The position numbers were made by a program, and so were the translations under genes. 64,000 nucleotides of DNA. It comes from Squalus acanthias. Its lineage: Eukaryota. Positions 36,113 through 49,340 of this stretch are shown here, piece after piece (position 1 is the stretch's first letter; every line of letters begins with the position of its first letter). The notes beneath the pieces were generated by a model. The model saw only the letters and a program-made list of their open reading frames with translations. It did not search any database and was not told the origin of the DNA. Location of the stretch: assembly GCA_030390025.1 (NCBI GenBank), contig CM059433.1, positions 31,374,001 to 31,438,000 of the forward strand, written 5' to 3'.

Positions 36113-36695
36113 AGAGAGAGAGGAGAGAGAGAAGAGAGAGAATTTTTTTCCATCCAGGTCCTCTCACATCAAGGCCAGGCAGTCTCTGAAGACAGTCAAT
36201 GCAGCAGCATCAGAGGCAACTTTCAGACCTAATACTACTACTACCTTCATCACAATACTACTACTACCTTCATCACATCTCCGTTGTAATAGTGGACCTG
36301 CAGCTGATAGTCAGCTATCCACTGGTGCTCCCGCCAGGTTTCACTGGTGTGTTTCACATCAGGCATACTTCACGTCGGAAAAGGGTTAAACTAGCTAAAA
36401 CGTTTCAAAATGGCATTACAGAGCCAATTTAGGGCTTGTTAAGGGCTTTAATGGCCTCTCCCGCCTCTTGGAGGCGGGACGGAGTCGGGAACCCCGCGAC
36501 CGATTTTGTCAAAATTGCGTGGAGGCGGGATGGAGTCGGGATGGGGTCGGGACCCCCGAATCTGCAACTTTAACCCCCCACACGCCTCCAAACCCGACTC
36601 CACGGGTCATTGAAAATCCAGCCCATTAACTCTGTTGCTCTCTCCACAGATGCTGCATGACTTGCTGAGTATTTCCAGCATTTTCTGTTTTTATT
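35690..36695 (+). mobile_element. Penelope family B terminal-repeat fragment with a degenerate hammerhead, split by a MITE
   Basis: TTGATGAAAGCTCATCGACCTGAAACATT...[MITE]...ATTAACTCTG...CCACAGATGCTGC. Confidence 0.75.
35804..36624. mobile_element. Harbinger-type MITE (821 bp) with an internal (GA)n tract
   Basis: Perfect 12-bp TIR GGGCTGGATTTT, TSD ATT/ATT. Confidence 0.9.
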
Positions 36696-37024
36696 GTAGA
36701 AATAGATCACAGTTTTAAATTGATATCTGCAAATGATGTTGAACCAGCCTCTGCTGACAATCCGAACCTCCATTCTATGATAATCACAAGGAGTCAAACC
36801 TGGCTTGACAACAGGGGCAAAATATTTTTACGCAGCGATTTGTTATGATCTGGAATATGCTAGTTGAAAGGGTGGAGGAAGCAGATTCAATAATGACTTT
36901 CAAAATGGAACTGGATATATATTTGAAAAGGTAAAATTTGCAGGACTATGGGGAAAGAGCAGGGGCGTGGGACTAATTGGATAGCTCTTTCAAAGAGACA
37001 GCACACACATGATGGGCCGAAGGT

Positions 37025-39450
37025 CCTCCTTCCGACCTATATCCGCAACTTTTCTGACGCCCTCAGCTACTTTACCAGTTTCCAGTTCCCTGGCCCTAAC
37101 TGTCTCCTTTTCACCATGGACATCCAGTCCCTCTACACCTCCATTCCCCACCAGGACGGCCTGAAGGCTAACTGCTTCTTCCTTGAATGGAGGGCCAACC
37201 AGTCCCCATCCACCACCACTCTCCTCCCCCTGGCTCAACTTGTTCTTACATTAAACATCTTCTCCTTCGACTCTTCTCACTTCCTCCAAATTAAAAATGT
37301 CGTTATGGGAACTCGAATGGGTCCTGGCTATGCCTGCCTTTTTGTGGGATACGTGGAGCATGATTTGTTCCTTTCCTACGCAGGTCCCCTCCTTCATCTC
37401 TTTTCCGCTACATTGATGACTGTATCGGTGCCGCTTCCTGCTCTCACCCCGAACTGGAAAATTTCATCAACTTTGCTTCCAATTTCCACCCCTTCGTCAC
37501 CTTCACATGATCCATCTCCAACTCATCCCTTCCCTTCCACGACTTCTCTATCGCCATTTCTGAGGATAGGTTGTCAACTAAAAGCCCACTGACTCCCACA
37601 GCTACCATGATTACACTTCCTCCCACCCCACTTCCTGTAAGGACTCTATTCCATTCTCTCAGTTTTTCCGTTTCCATCACAGCTGTTCTGACGATGCCAC
37701 TTTCCATACCAGTGCTTCCGATATGTCCTCCTTTTTCCTCAACTGAGGATTCCATTCCACCATTGTTGACAGAGCCCTCTACCATGTCTGTCTCATTTCC
37801 CACACTTCTGCTCTCACCCCTTCCCCTCCCTCCCAGAACCTCGATAGAGTTCCTCTTGTCCTCTCCTTTCACCCCACCAGCCTCCACATTCAACGGATCG
37901 TCCTCTGCCATTTCGCCACCTCCAGCACGATGCCAGCACCAAACACATATTCCCCTCCTTTCCCAGCATTCCGAAAGGATTGTTCCCTAGGTGACACACT
38001 GGTCCACTCCCCAATACCTGCTCCCCTTCTCACGGCACCTTCCCAAGCAAGCACAGGAGATGCAACACCTGCCTTTTTACCTCCTCCCTTCCCACTGTCC
38101 AGGGCCCCAAACATTCCTTCCAGGTGAAACAGTGGTTTACTTGTACTTCTTTCAATTTAGTATACTGTATTCGCTGCTCACAATGCGATCTCCTCTACAT
38201 TGGGGAGACCAAACGCAGATTGGGTAACTGCTTTGCGGAACACCTCCGTTCAGTCTGCAAGGCTTTATACCTTATACCTTTATAAAACATTGGTTCAGCC
38301 ACAACTGGAGCATTGTGTTCATTTCTGGGCACCACACTTTAGGAAGGATGTGAAGGCTTTAGACAGGGCGCAGAAAAGATTTACGAGAATGATTCCAGGG
38401 ATGAGGGACTTCAGTTACATGGATAGACTGGAGAAGCTGGGGTTGTTCTCCTTAGAGCAGAGAAGATTGAGAAGAGATTTGATAGAGATTTGATAGAGAT
38501 GTTCAAAATCAAGAGAGGTCTAGACAGAGTAGATAGAGAGAAACTGTTCCCATTGGCGGAAGGGTCAAGAACCAGAGGACACAGATTTAAGGTGATTGGC
38601 AGATAATCCAAAAGCGACATGAGGAAAAACCTTTTTACGCAGCGAGTGGTTATGATCTGAAATGCACTGCCTGAAAGGGTGGTGGGCACAGATTCGATCA
38701 TGGCTTTCAAAACGGAATTGGATAAGTTACTGAAGGAAACAAATTTGCAGGGTTACGGGGAAAGGGCAGGGAAGTGGGACTAGCTGAAGTGCTCTTGCAG
38801 AGAGCCGGCACGGGCTCGACAGGCCAACTGGCCTCCTACTGTGCAGTAACCATTCTATGATTCTATGATTCTAAGCGTGATCCAGAGCTTCCGATCGCCT
38901 GTCACTTTAATTCTCTGCTCCACTCCCACTCTGACCTCTCTGTCCTCGGCCTCTTACACTGTTCCAATGAAGCTCAATGTAAGCTCAAGGAACAGCACCT
39001 CCTCTTTCGATGAGGCACTTTACAGCCTTCTGGACTCAACATCGAGTTCAACAATTTCAGATCTAAACCTCTGCCCCCATTTTTTCAGACGGCAGCTGTT
39101 GATGATTCTGCTATTCCCATTTACACCTCTTCTAGACCCATCTTTTGTCCCTTTACTTGTCCCATTACCATCTCCTGTTGCTTTGTACAATCATACCTTT
39201 TGTCATTTAATCTCTCCTGTCTTCCACCCTATCACAGACCTTCTCTTTTGTTCTTTCCTCTCCTCCCTGCTTTTCCTGCCTCTGCACTTGCCTAAAACCT
39301 GTTACATCTCTCATTTTTTCCAGTTCTGGCGAAATGTCATCGCCCTGAAATGTTTCTCTCTCCACAGATGCTGCCTGAGCTGCTGAGTATTTCCAGCATT
39401 TTCTGTTTTTATTTCTGATTTCTGCCATCCGCAGTATTTTGCTTTTGCAA
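37025..39450 (+). mobile_element. Penelope-like element family B (RT + GIY-YIG + terminal repeat), degraded, with nested CR1
   Basis: TMDIQSLYTSIP, MGTRMGPGYA, FRYIDD, LVYCIRC..C..LYIGETKR.L..FAEH; degenerate hammerhead at ~39323-39355. Confidence 0.9.
38262..38872 (+). mobile_element. CR1 3' fragment inserted in the Penelope endonuclease region
   Basis: LYKTLV.PQLE.CV.FWAP; (ATTCTATG)n tail; the Penelope frame resumes at 38873. Confidence 0.9.
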
Positions 39451-40039
39451 ACCTAATGAATGGTCTATTTCCTGACTGTAATGGCCCAGTCTATTTCAAT
39501 GCAAAAGTTTCTTTTATTGCAAGCTAAGGGGGTGTAAGTTTGTGTGTGTGACAATAAGACTATCAGTTAAGGAGTGTATGTGGCAAATGTGATGGGAGAA
39601 GCGAAGTGAGAGATGTGGGCGAGCGAGGATGTTAGAGTGGACAAAGGCGTTGTGGACTGTAGGGGAGTTGCAGGGGTAGTGTGAAGAATTAGAAGTGTGA
39701 GTGTTGCTTTAAGATTGCGAAGAGTGTGGTGGTGCCTAGGATGGGCAAGGAGGAAAGGGAGAGTGTGGCAAAGTGCTCCCCTTTGCTGCCCTATGAAGTG
39801 TTTTCACTTCTTGCTGCCCTGTTGATTAGTCCTGGGTGTGAGGGAATTGAGAGTCAGTGCCAGCTTGAAGTTGGTGTCCAGCTTAGTGAAAGGAAGACCC
39901 AGGAGCGTGAAGCTCCTGCCTTGTACCTCTTGGAAGAGGACTTACATCAGAAAAGCCGGATGTGCTTCTTCTGTCTGCTGCCCTGGTGTGGTGCCCAGTG
40001 AGGTAATGAGGGTACCTCAAGGATCATCACACATACAGT

Positions 40040-40230
40040 AAGGGTTGCTGGATAGTGATCAGCTGTGCAAACCTTGGCTTATTTTTTCGGCTGTCTAACT
40101 GAGGGACACTGAGGCCAACTGTAGGACCTCTATTGCCACCCTTGCTGAGACCAGCTAACTCAGAGCAAACTCAAGCTTGTACCAGGGGTCTTCCTGATCT
40201 GTATAGCTCACTTACTCACTGCCTGAACCA
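40040..40230 (-). mobile_element. Old tRNA-derived SINE, AmnSINE2-like (related fragments at 49565-49700, 53897-53950, 59880-60270)
   Basis: Shared motifs TACAGATCAGGAAG...GAGTTAGCTG.TCTCAGC...TACA.TTGGCCTCAGTG...CTATCCAGC.ACCC; family name recalled, not verified. Confidence 0.5.
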
Positions 40231-42289
40231 GCAGGAGAACTTACAGATATAACATAATCTAGATAAATATAAGGCAATGGACGCTGGCACAAAAAACATT
40301 GATTAAAACAAAATAGAAGGATGTTCATTGCGAAGATAATAAGCAGAAAGATCATTGATTATTGTCTGTAAGTATCCCGTCCAAAGGAAATTGTTAACAT
40401 AGTTACTGCTCATCACGATGCAGGTAAAGTGCAGTTGATAATGAGCGTGATGTCGATACCAGATGATGTAGTGCTTTGGGCTGGGTCAGTTTTTTGACAG
40501 CTCAGACCAGAGTAATTGCCCAAAAGCCTCTTCTCTCTGATGACGTTAAAGGTCTTCAATGAAACAAGTCTTCACGGGTCACAGCACCAACCTGCCCATG
40601 CGTTGGCACTAGCTTGAGAATCTGAGTCAGAGAAGCCTGAAGCAGGGCTAAAGCTGAGACTGCACATGTCATCACAGAAAAAGGTCAAAGGTGAGAAAAG
40701 GATTATTTTACTTGTCAAGACTTCTCTTTCCAACACCCTGTTCTCCCATCACAACATTTCAATTTACCTTGAACAATCCCACTGTCTTTACCTATACTAC
40801 CCTACCAGGGAGTCCACTCCAAACATTTATTACAAGAACAGGTCAGTACTTAATTTGAAGCTTACTTTAAAGTAATGATCCTTTGCAGTGGGGGTGGGGA
40901 GGGGAGGAGGTTGAATGATCTTTTGCAGTTGAGGCAAATGCATCCCGTTGAATTAGTGAGCTTTACACCCATAGAAGTTTACAGGAGGATGCCATTCGGC
41001 CCTTCATGTCTATGGCAGGTCTTTGCTCGAGTAATCCAAAACTAAACCCACTACCTCGTTCTCTCTCCCCATAGATAGAGCCAAATTTATATCGACCTGA
41101 CCCGACAGTCTTTGATCTGGATCACGGATGCCAAATTTGGAAAATGTTCCATTCTCCAACACCCTTATATCTACCAACCATATACGATTCATTTGGACAC
41201 TCCAGAGCAGTGCTTGTGTAGCCACAGATAGAAACTAGTGCTGCTCTCCTCAACATTACAACTGGTGGTGCCACGGCTCATGCCCATAGAAGTGTGATAG
41301 TTGACATATGAAGTGAATTTCTTTATTGCAAGTATCTCCAATTTTAAAGTAAAATGTTACTGATGCTGGAAATTTAATGGCCTGGAATCTGCAGTCTGGA
41401 TGATGGCGAACATGACAGCGTTCGCCGCCATTCCGCCTTTGAAACTGACCGCAACTTCAGGATTTAGCGCATGTGCAGCCTGATGCAGAAATCCTGAAGT
41501 TGCGGTCTATCATTCATGGTCCTGACATTGGCTGCGCTGGAATTCTCTACCCCAAAATGCTGTGGATTCTGGGGGCAATTGGAGCTTTCAAGAAGGAGAT
41601 TTATAGCTTTTTCTTAGGTAAGGCTATCAAGGGATATGTAGCTAAGACGGGTAAATGGAGTTGAGGTCCAGATCAACCATAATCTATGGCTCGAGGAGCT
41701 TGAGTGGTTTACTCTGATCCTATGTACTCCATACTGCATTTTGCTCCGTGCATTAGTTGAAACTTCAGGATAGTCCTCCATTTTGCACATTTTCCCTGCC
41801 AATACTTTGCTTCATTATTTCCTGTTGCTGCTGGCTTTGATGTCACATCTTGCAAATAAATAAGAATCATAGAATCATAGAATATAGGAGCAGGAGTAGG
41901 CCATTCGGCCCCTCTAGCCTGCTCCGCCATTCAATGCGATCATGGCTGATCATCCAAATTCAGTAAGGATCAATATTCCTTCTGAGCATGCTGCATGAGT
42001 GAGAAGAGGAAGTGAAGTTCATGCCACACCTGTCACCAGCTTGGAACCTGTATCGATAGCACCCTCCCCCACCCTCCACGTGTACCTGGGCGTGCCAGTG
42101 CAGGCCAGTCTGTACCACCTCTACTTTACCAGATCAGCAGCCACAGAGTGTGCACACAACACATAAATCAGGGATGGCTCTTACTGTAGATGCAGATTTT
42201 CGCACAGCAGCATACTTTCATGCTACTGGATCTTTCCAAGCTACCCCCCAGGTGACATCTGCTACATCAGGCAGTTTGCACTACCCGTC

Positions 42290-42796
42290 CAAAACTCCGC
42301 TGCCCATATCCTAACTCGCTCACCCATCACCCCTGTGCTCGCTGACCTACATGGGCTCCCGGTCCGGCAACGCCTCGATTTTAAAATTCTCACCCTTGTT
42401 TTCAAATCCCTCCATGGCCTCGCCCCTCCCTATCTCCGTAACCTCCTCCAGCCCCACAGCCCCACAACCCCCCCCCCCCCCCCCGTAGATCTCTGCACTT
42501 CTCCAATTCTGGCCTCTTGCTTGCCCGATTTCAATCGCTCCACCATTGGTGGCCGTGCGTTCAGCTGCCTCGGCCCTAAGCTCTGGAATTTCCTCCCTGC
42601 ACCTCTCCGCCTCTCTACCTCTCCTCCTTTAAGTCACTTCTTAAAACCTACCTCTTTCACCAAACTTTGATCACCTGTCCTAATATCTCCTTATGTGGCT
42701 CGGTGTCAAATTTTGTTTGATAAAACGCTCCTGTGAAGCCCAATAGGACATTTTACTATGTTAAAGGCATTATATAAATGCAAGTTGTTGTTGTTG
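42290..42796 (+). mobile_element. L2-type LINE 3' fragment
   Basis: PITPVLADLH.LPVRQRLDFKIL.LVFKSLHGLAPPYL...GGRAFS..GPKLWN; (GTT)n tail. Confidence 0.85.
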
Positions 42797-42956
42797 TACA
42801 CAGAAGTATCAAGCAAGGAAGAACACCGTCACTGGATAGGAATGACAGGTGGATCCCTCAAGTCCAAAGTGTTGTACGTGCTACTCATGTCAGCATCAAG
42901 GCTCTTCACATCAACTTTGTGAACCGAAAGGATTTACACTTGCTTTCCAGTATCAG

Positions 42957-43380
42957 CTGTGGCTCAATTGTAGCACTCTCGCCTCTGATTCAGAAGGTTG
43001 TGGGTTTCAAGTCCCACTCCAACTACTTGAGCACAAATTCTAGGCTGACACTCCAGTTCAGTACTGAGGGAGTGCTGCACTGTCGGAGGTACTGTCTTTT
43101 GGGTGCCACAATTAACTGAGGCCCCACTGCCCTCTCAGGTGGACATAAAATATCCTACGGCAATATTTTGAAGAAGAGCAGGGGAGTTCTCCCTGGAATC
43201 GTGGACAATATTTATCCCTCAACCAACATCACTAAAAACATTATCTGGTCATTATCACATTGCTGTTTGTGGGAGCTTGCTGTGCGCAAATTGACTACAC
43301 TTCATAAATACTTAATTGGCTGTAAAGCGCTTTGGATGTCCTGAGGTCGTGAAAGATGCTGTATAAATGCAAGTCTTTAT
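42957..43380 (+). mobile_element. Deu-domain SINE (SacSINE1-like), full length
   Basis: A box TGGCTCAATTG, B-box-like GGTTTCAAGTCC, same body and tail as 3775-4188. Confidence 0.8.
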
Positions 43381-44839
43381 TTCATCTTTCTTTTCATGTA
43401 AGAACTCGCAGAATTAATGCATACCTAAGATGAGCAAATGTAGGCTCAAAACATAAATTTGGCCTCGTCTGATTGCCGGTGGTTAGTAACTCGCCCATAT
43501 TGGGCGGAAAGCAACAGAGGAGATGAAGAGCAGGTCTCGCTGGCTTCCCGACACCTTTACCTGGACGTCCCTGACTTGCATTTATTAATGAGGCTCCCAC
43601 GGGATTCCGGCGGGATTTTCATCCACAGCAAACACCAGTGCCGTTAAAATAGGGGGAACTGGCGGGAATGGAGTGGCAAATGGAGCAGCTCCATTTTAAC
43701 TGCTCACTCACTCCTGTCTCACTGATTGGGGAGAGTGCAAATTCCCCCTAAGATCTCTTGAGTTGCTAGTCCGTTACGATAAGCAGCAGGATACCATGCC
43801 ATGCTGAGAATTCTAATGAATCTTATCAAAAAAATTCTGAACCTAAAGGGAGAGAGTCTGAAACAAAAGGATTGCTTGCTCATATCTTCCCGTAACAGCT
43901 TAATGTATTGCCCAGCCCTGCTTTCTAACTCATCTGTTAAAGCTGTAATTGAGAAATCATTGTTTGGCATAATCACTGACTGGGGAACAATTTGAAGTGC
44001 TGGAATATTTCCCTAGCCATTATTGTTTGGTATATACTGTTGTTGCTTTGTTTGAACAGCATTTAAAGTAATGTTAAGACATTCGTTTTGGTTTCTCATA
44101 TGCCCTAGATCACTGCGTGCACAGAATGAGAATACTATATGCAAATAATAGTGGCTGGTGAAAGTCTCGGGAAACTCCAGATTGCTTCGTACACAGTGAT
44201 TTGCTAAACTTGAAGAACACCTTTAGAAATCGAGTTGGAAAATAAAGTAGGCTGCAAATTCTGAGCAACAAAACTCTTTCCTTTGGTTCATATCTCACTT
44301 TAAGTTTAACACTTTAAGCTGAATCTTTTTAATATATGATTGAGATATTTATGATCTCAGTGGATGTTTCTTCACATCCGACTGGACAGAGTTTCATATG
44401 ACTTCTAAATGGTCATAGTGTACATGAGCTGACCATATTTTCACACACACACACAAATCTTACCAGTCTGTATCGGGCCATATGAGGTATGAGTATTAGC
44501 AATGAATTTTGATGTATTGGTGAATAATCCAGCCAGTTGCCCCAGGATTATTACACAATGATGTTTTTGTGATATATATCACTAGCCTGAAAGGCGTATA
44601 ATCTTCATTGCATTAAATACAAACAAAGCTAATTCATCACTTATGAAGCTATGCCACTGTAAGTGTAGAATGAAAAGTCACATTTGTTTTCTGGACAGGT
44701 ATTTAGAAGTTATTTGATTGATTTTACATTCTATTTAGCAATATTCAAAGGACATGTGACAACATACTAAAATGAGTTTGGTTGCCCACATTGAACATTC
44801 GTGTGTCCCAAACAAACTGGAAATGAGTTTTATTTTATT

Positions 44840-45135
44840 TCTTCCTAGGATGTGAGTGTCGCTGGCTAGGCCAACATTTATTGCCCATCCTTAATTGCTC
44901 TTGAGAAGGTGGTGGTGAGCCACCTTCTTGAACTGCTGCAGTCCACGTGGTGAAGATGCTCCCACAGCGCTGTTAGGGAGGGAGTTCCAGGATTTTGACC
45001 CAGCGATGATGAAGGAATGCCGATATATTTCCAAGTCAGGATGGTTTGTGACTTTGAGGGGAACTTGGAGGTGGTGGTGTTCCCATGTGCTTGCTGCCAT
45101 TGTCCTTCTCGGTGGTAGAGGTCACAGGTTTGGGA
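44840..45135 (-). mobile_element. 3' fragment of the LINE family found at 50757-53739
   Basis: Reverse complement matches 51975-52025 + 53531-53730. Confidence 0.8.
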
Positions 45136-45296
45136 GTTATGTCAGGTCCTGGTGATTCTGTAGGTGGAGTATACTAATATTAAAGAGAAGGCTGAGGGGG
45201 TGACATAATAGAGGTCTTCAAAATTATGAAAAGGTTTGATAGGCGAGACAGAGAGACGATGTTTCCACTTGTGGGGTATCTAAATCTAGAGGTCTT

Positions 45297-46048
45297 GAGG
45301 GAGAAATTCGGTATCGCCCCGTTTGGGGCGCGATTATCGGCCGGGCGCAAAGTTTAGCGACTGGCACTAATTATTGCCTGCGACTGCAAACTTGGCTTTT
45401 ATCGTCCCTGGAGGTGATTGGAACACTAAATCAGGCGCTGCACACCTGTCTTAAGGCACAAAGGCCGAGGAGCGAGGCGCTACCTCAGAGCGCTGGCGAA
45501 GCTCATGTGATGTCAGTCAGCAATGGAACACAGACACAATGGCACCGGCCAGTTCTTAAAGGGGATTGGGTCGATCTTGCTCTCCATCCACACCCTGCTC
45601 ATTGCAGCCTTGAATCTAGGCCTGGAGAGACCTGTACATCAAATCTGTTGGAAAGAACAATGGAGAGGCCCAGGAAAGAGCTCAGACTGCAGCCCCCACA
45701 GTCTCTTCTAAATCGATGCAAGGAAGATCAAATAAAAAAGAACCTGCAAAGTGCTGCTCAGTACCCAAAACTCTTCAACACAGCTTTGAATATCTCCTGC
45801 AGTCTCTCTCTCTCACTCAGAAAACGTGCTGAAAAAATTTCGCCGACAAAAAAAGGCAGGAAACAGTCGCCTTTAAATAGCGCTCCCCCAGTCCCTTCCT
45901 GATTGCAAAATGCTCCCCTCAACCTGTCATTGCTAGCGGCAGGCGGTAAGACAGGGGGCACCACTCAATATCCGGTCCAGGGCATTGCACGCTCGACTGA
46001 CGTCTTAAGGCGCTAACGGGAGGCGCAAACCAACTGAATTTTTCCCCC
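45297..46048 (-). mobile_element. Harbinger MITE copy 4 (more diverged, extra internal deletion), inside a CR1 3' fragment (45183-46345)
   Basis: Homologous to copies 1-3; flanks CTT/CAT. Confidence 0.9.
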
Positions 46049-47827
46049 CATATATATAAGATAATCACTTAAAAATCCAGTAAGGAATTCAGGAGAAACG
46101 TATTTACCCAGAGAGTGGTTAAAATGTGGAACGCGCCACCACATGGAGTAGTTGAGGCGAATAGCATAGTTACATTTAAGGGGAAACTAGATAAACACAT
46201 GAGGGAGAAAGGAATAGAAGGGTATGCTGATAGGGTGAGAAGAGGAAGGATGGGAGGAGGCTCATGTAGAGCATAAACACCAGCATAGACCAGTTGGGCC
46301 GAATGGCCTGTTTCTGTGCTGTAATTTCTAGGTAATTCTATGTAAAGTAAAGCTTGAAGGTCATGCTAAATAATATTAAATATGGTTTTTTCTTCCTTCT
46401 TCTGCACCAAATTTCATTTCCAGGAAGAGTTATCTCAGGAAACCCTCCAGGTTAGATAACACAGAACAGAAGAAAACAAACTCTTTACACTAGATTTCCC
46501 TCCATTAAAAGAATAGGAATGCAAATTTGTCTTTATAGTTTCAGGAATAGGAATACGTGATTTTGAATTGCACGATTCATGAGAAAGTGATTTTATTAGC
46601 ACTGAAAAAGTAGCTGCCAATCACAATGCACCTGCAACAATCAAACTTTCATATATCCCTAGGCACTCTTGCTGTACTAATGACCCAGAATTCATGAATA
46701 CAATGGGCAGTGCACAATTTGTGGGAAATGGCTTTGGTAAAACTCAGAGGGGTGAAGGTTTGTTTGGCTTATTTTCGGGCCCAGACACAGCACTATGCAG
46801 GCAGTGCTCTCCCCAAGTAAGAGCCCCGAAGCCAGCCCAAAGTTAGGCCTCGGGCCTCCTTAACATTTCAAGCGTGACATGCCGGCGCCTGTCGCATCTC
46901 CAAAGGCAGCTCCTAAGACCGCAGCAGTCTCTTAGGCATCCTGAGCAGGGCTAGGCCCGAGGCCTAACCCCACTCAGTGCAATTGAATTTCTGTGAGGGG
47001 ACCTGAAGCAGGCGTTAGGTCCCTCATTTACATATTTAAGGGACCTAACGCCTGTTTTAGGCGACAGCCAGGGATGCCTGAAAAATGGCTCAACCCAATT
47101 TTGTGTCCTAGGCTTCCTTGAGCGGCAGGCCTATGGTCGCCGAAATTGGGTCTTGTTGTGCCTGTTTTACGCTACAAAATGGGCAAAATGAAGCCTATTT
47201 TGACCTCAAAGTGTCCAAATTTCCTGCTGCACATCTGTCTGGTAAAACAAGTCAGATACAAGTGAGCACAGCTCCCACTTGATGAACAATGTAGTCATTC
47301 CAATCCCCACCTCTATTCTCTTGCTGCAGTAGTGATTTTACCATAAGATGCAGAATGCAAAGGCGCGTCTTTAAGGCATAGATAAATCATTCTAGTGTAG
47401 AACTCTACTGTCGTTTCAAGGACACCTTTTCCCCATGTGAAATCAAAGTTAACAGCAAGAGGAACATAAAGCAAAATCTGTTAATAGCTTAGCATGTACT
47501 GCTTGCTGTTGTCTGCAGAAATTTTATCTTTCTTACTTCATACTGACTTGCAATAAATTTAATTATAAGAAGAGTGAAATAGATGCAAGGGAAGCTCCTC
47601 GATAAAAGTCTCCTGAATGATGTGTTCTGGACATGTTATTGATTTATTTACATGTCCCTTATTGGGCTTATGGCAATGATGCTAAACATTCTTCTGGAAA
47701 TATGAAATCAAAAATAATATTACCCTTGGATTTTCTGCGTAGATCAACGTAGCAAGCCAATATTTAATTAACTTCCCTATATTTTTGTACCTCTAGAATC
47801 ATTTTAGAATTTGTTCTGAGAGTCAAG

Positions 47828-49340
47828 GGGCTAAAAATTCGGTTGCGTAGCGCCCGTTGTTTGGGTGCTACTGGTGCTGTTTTGGTCAAAAATGGCATCC
47901 GAGCTGTGCACGCACACTTCTGGTGTGGGTTGCGCCGGACGCCATCTTGGTGAGGGCATTAGCGTCGACGCTGGCAGCATGCGGCAGAAGTATGTAGAGT
48001 AGGCAGATCGTGACGTCAATCAGCGTGCAACGCTGATTTGATTCTAGTGCTGTCATTTTCGTCCTCACTGGTGGAAGTAATGACTTGTGTTAACCTCGCA
48101 CAGCTGCAAGGAACTGCTACCAGCGATATTTAAAGGGATCATCAAACACTCTCAGGTCAGTTGCTGATTAATTTCTACTGGCTCTGTGTGAGTTTATGGA
48201 AGTGTTTACAGCTTTCTAGAGTTGTTTAAAGTTGGTGAGGTGACAGGGAGTGGTGCTGCCAGTGAAGAAGGCCTTGGTTCTGACTTCAGGGATTCTGGTC
48301 AGACCACTTGCTCCCAGTCATGGGTGCTCTAGTTGTCATCCCCCTTGGTCTGCAGCATGACAGGGAGAGGGAGCAGAGGCAGCGAAGAAGAGGACAAGTT
48401 GCTCACAGAGGGAGGAGGAGGAGGAGGGGGAGAAGGGCTCTCAGCAGGAGGCCTTACTCACCTAGGGTCTTCCAATAGGAATTTTCTTACCTCAAGCTGA
48501 GCCAGGAGCAGTGTGTGAGATGTCTGCAATTTACAAAGGAGGTGTTCACAGAACTCTGCCATCTCTTGCAACCAGACCTGCAGCCTCACACCAGGGCAAG
48601 GACAGCGCTGCCAGTGGCTGTGCAGGTGACCTTGGCCCTGAATTTCTTCATGTCGGGATCCTTCCAGGCTGGAACAGTCAGCATCGGCAACATCTCCCAG
48701 TTCGACATCCACTGCACATAAGAGAGGTGACAGGTGCTCTTTATGCCAGGAGAGGGGACTTCATTGTCTTCTCTCTGACCAGAGAGAAACAGACAAAGCA
48801 TGCACATGGCTTTGCCAGGATAGCTGACTTCCCCATGGTGCATGGCACCATCGACTGCACGGACATGGCTTTGCAGGCGCCGTATATAAATTCTGAGATG
48901 CACCGCAACCACAAAGTCTATCACTCGCTGAATGTGCAGTTGGTGTGCAACCATGCTCAGCACATCATGATGGTGAATTCCCGGTATCCTGGCAGCCGGA
49001 CCATTGTGACACCCTGCAAGCCCTATCCACACTGGTAAACCCAGCCACGATGGCAGCAGTCTGAGCTGCGTGGCAGCAAGCTGAGCCTGCATGAGAGCGG
49101 TCTGAGCTTACATGACAGAAGTCTGAGCTTCCACTGCAGCACTCAGACGTTGGGTGGCTTCTGCTTGTGCTGCCATGGAACCTGAGACATCAGCCATCAG
49201 ACACTGCATCATAGTTGGGTCCACAAGTGCGCTAATGGATCTCCCGACCCCTTCCATGCTGGAAACCATGGGCGCCAAGCTCTGCGCAAAGCCCTGTGCA
49301 GGGTTGGTGCTGAACTCCTCCATGCTCCTTGACATTGCTG
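47828..49340 (+). mobile_element. Truncated Harbinger element C: left end, transposase remnant (48320-49000) fused to a minus-strand Myb exon-3 remnant
   Basis: TIR GGGCTAAAAATT; TELCHLLQPDLQP, GTIDCT, YHSLNVQLVC; 49000-49340 homologous to ~33760-34070. Confidence 0.85.

Noticed and set aside
41379..47210. Further GC-rich MITE-like patches (41379-41553, 43394-43748, 46748-47207)
   Set aside because: Probably Harbinger-type relics, but I could not establish matching TIR pairs and TSDs well enough to list them.
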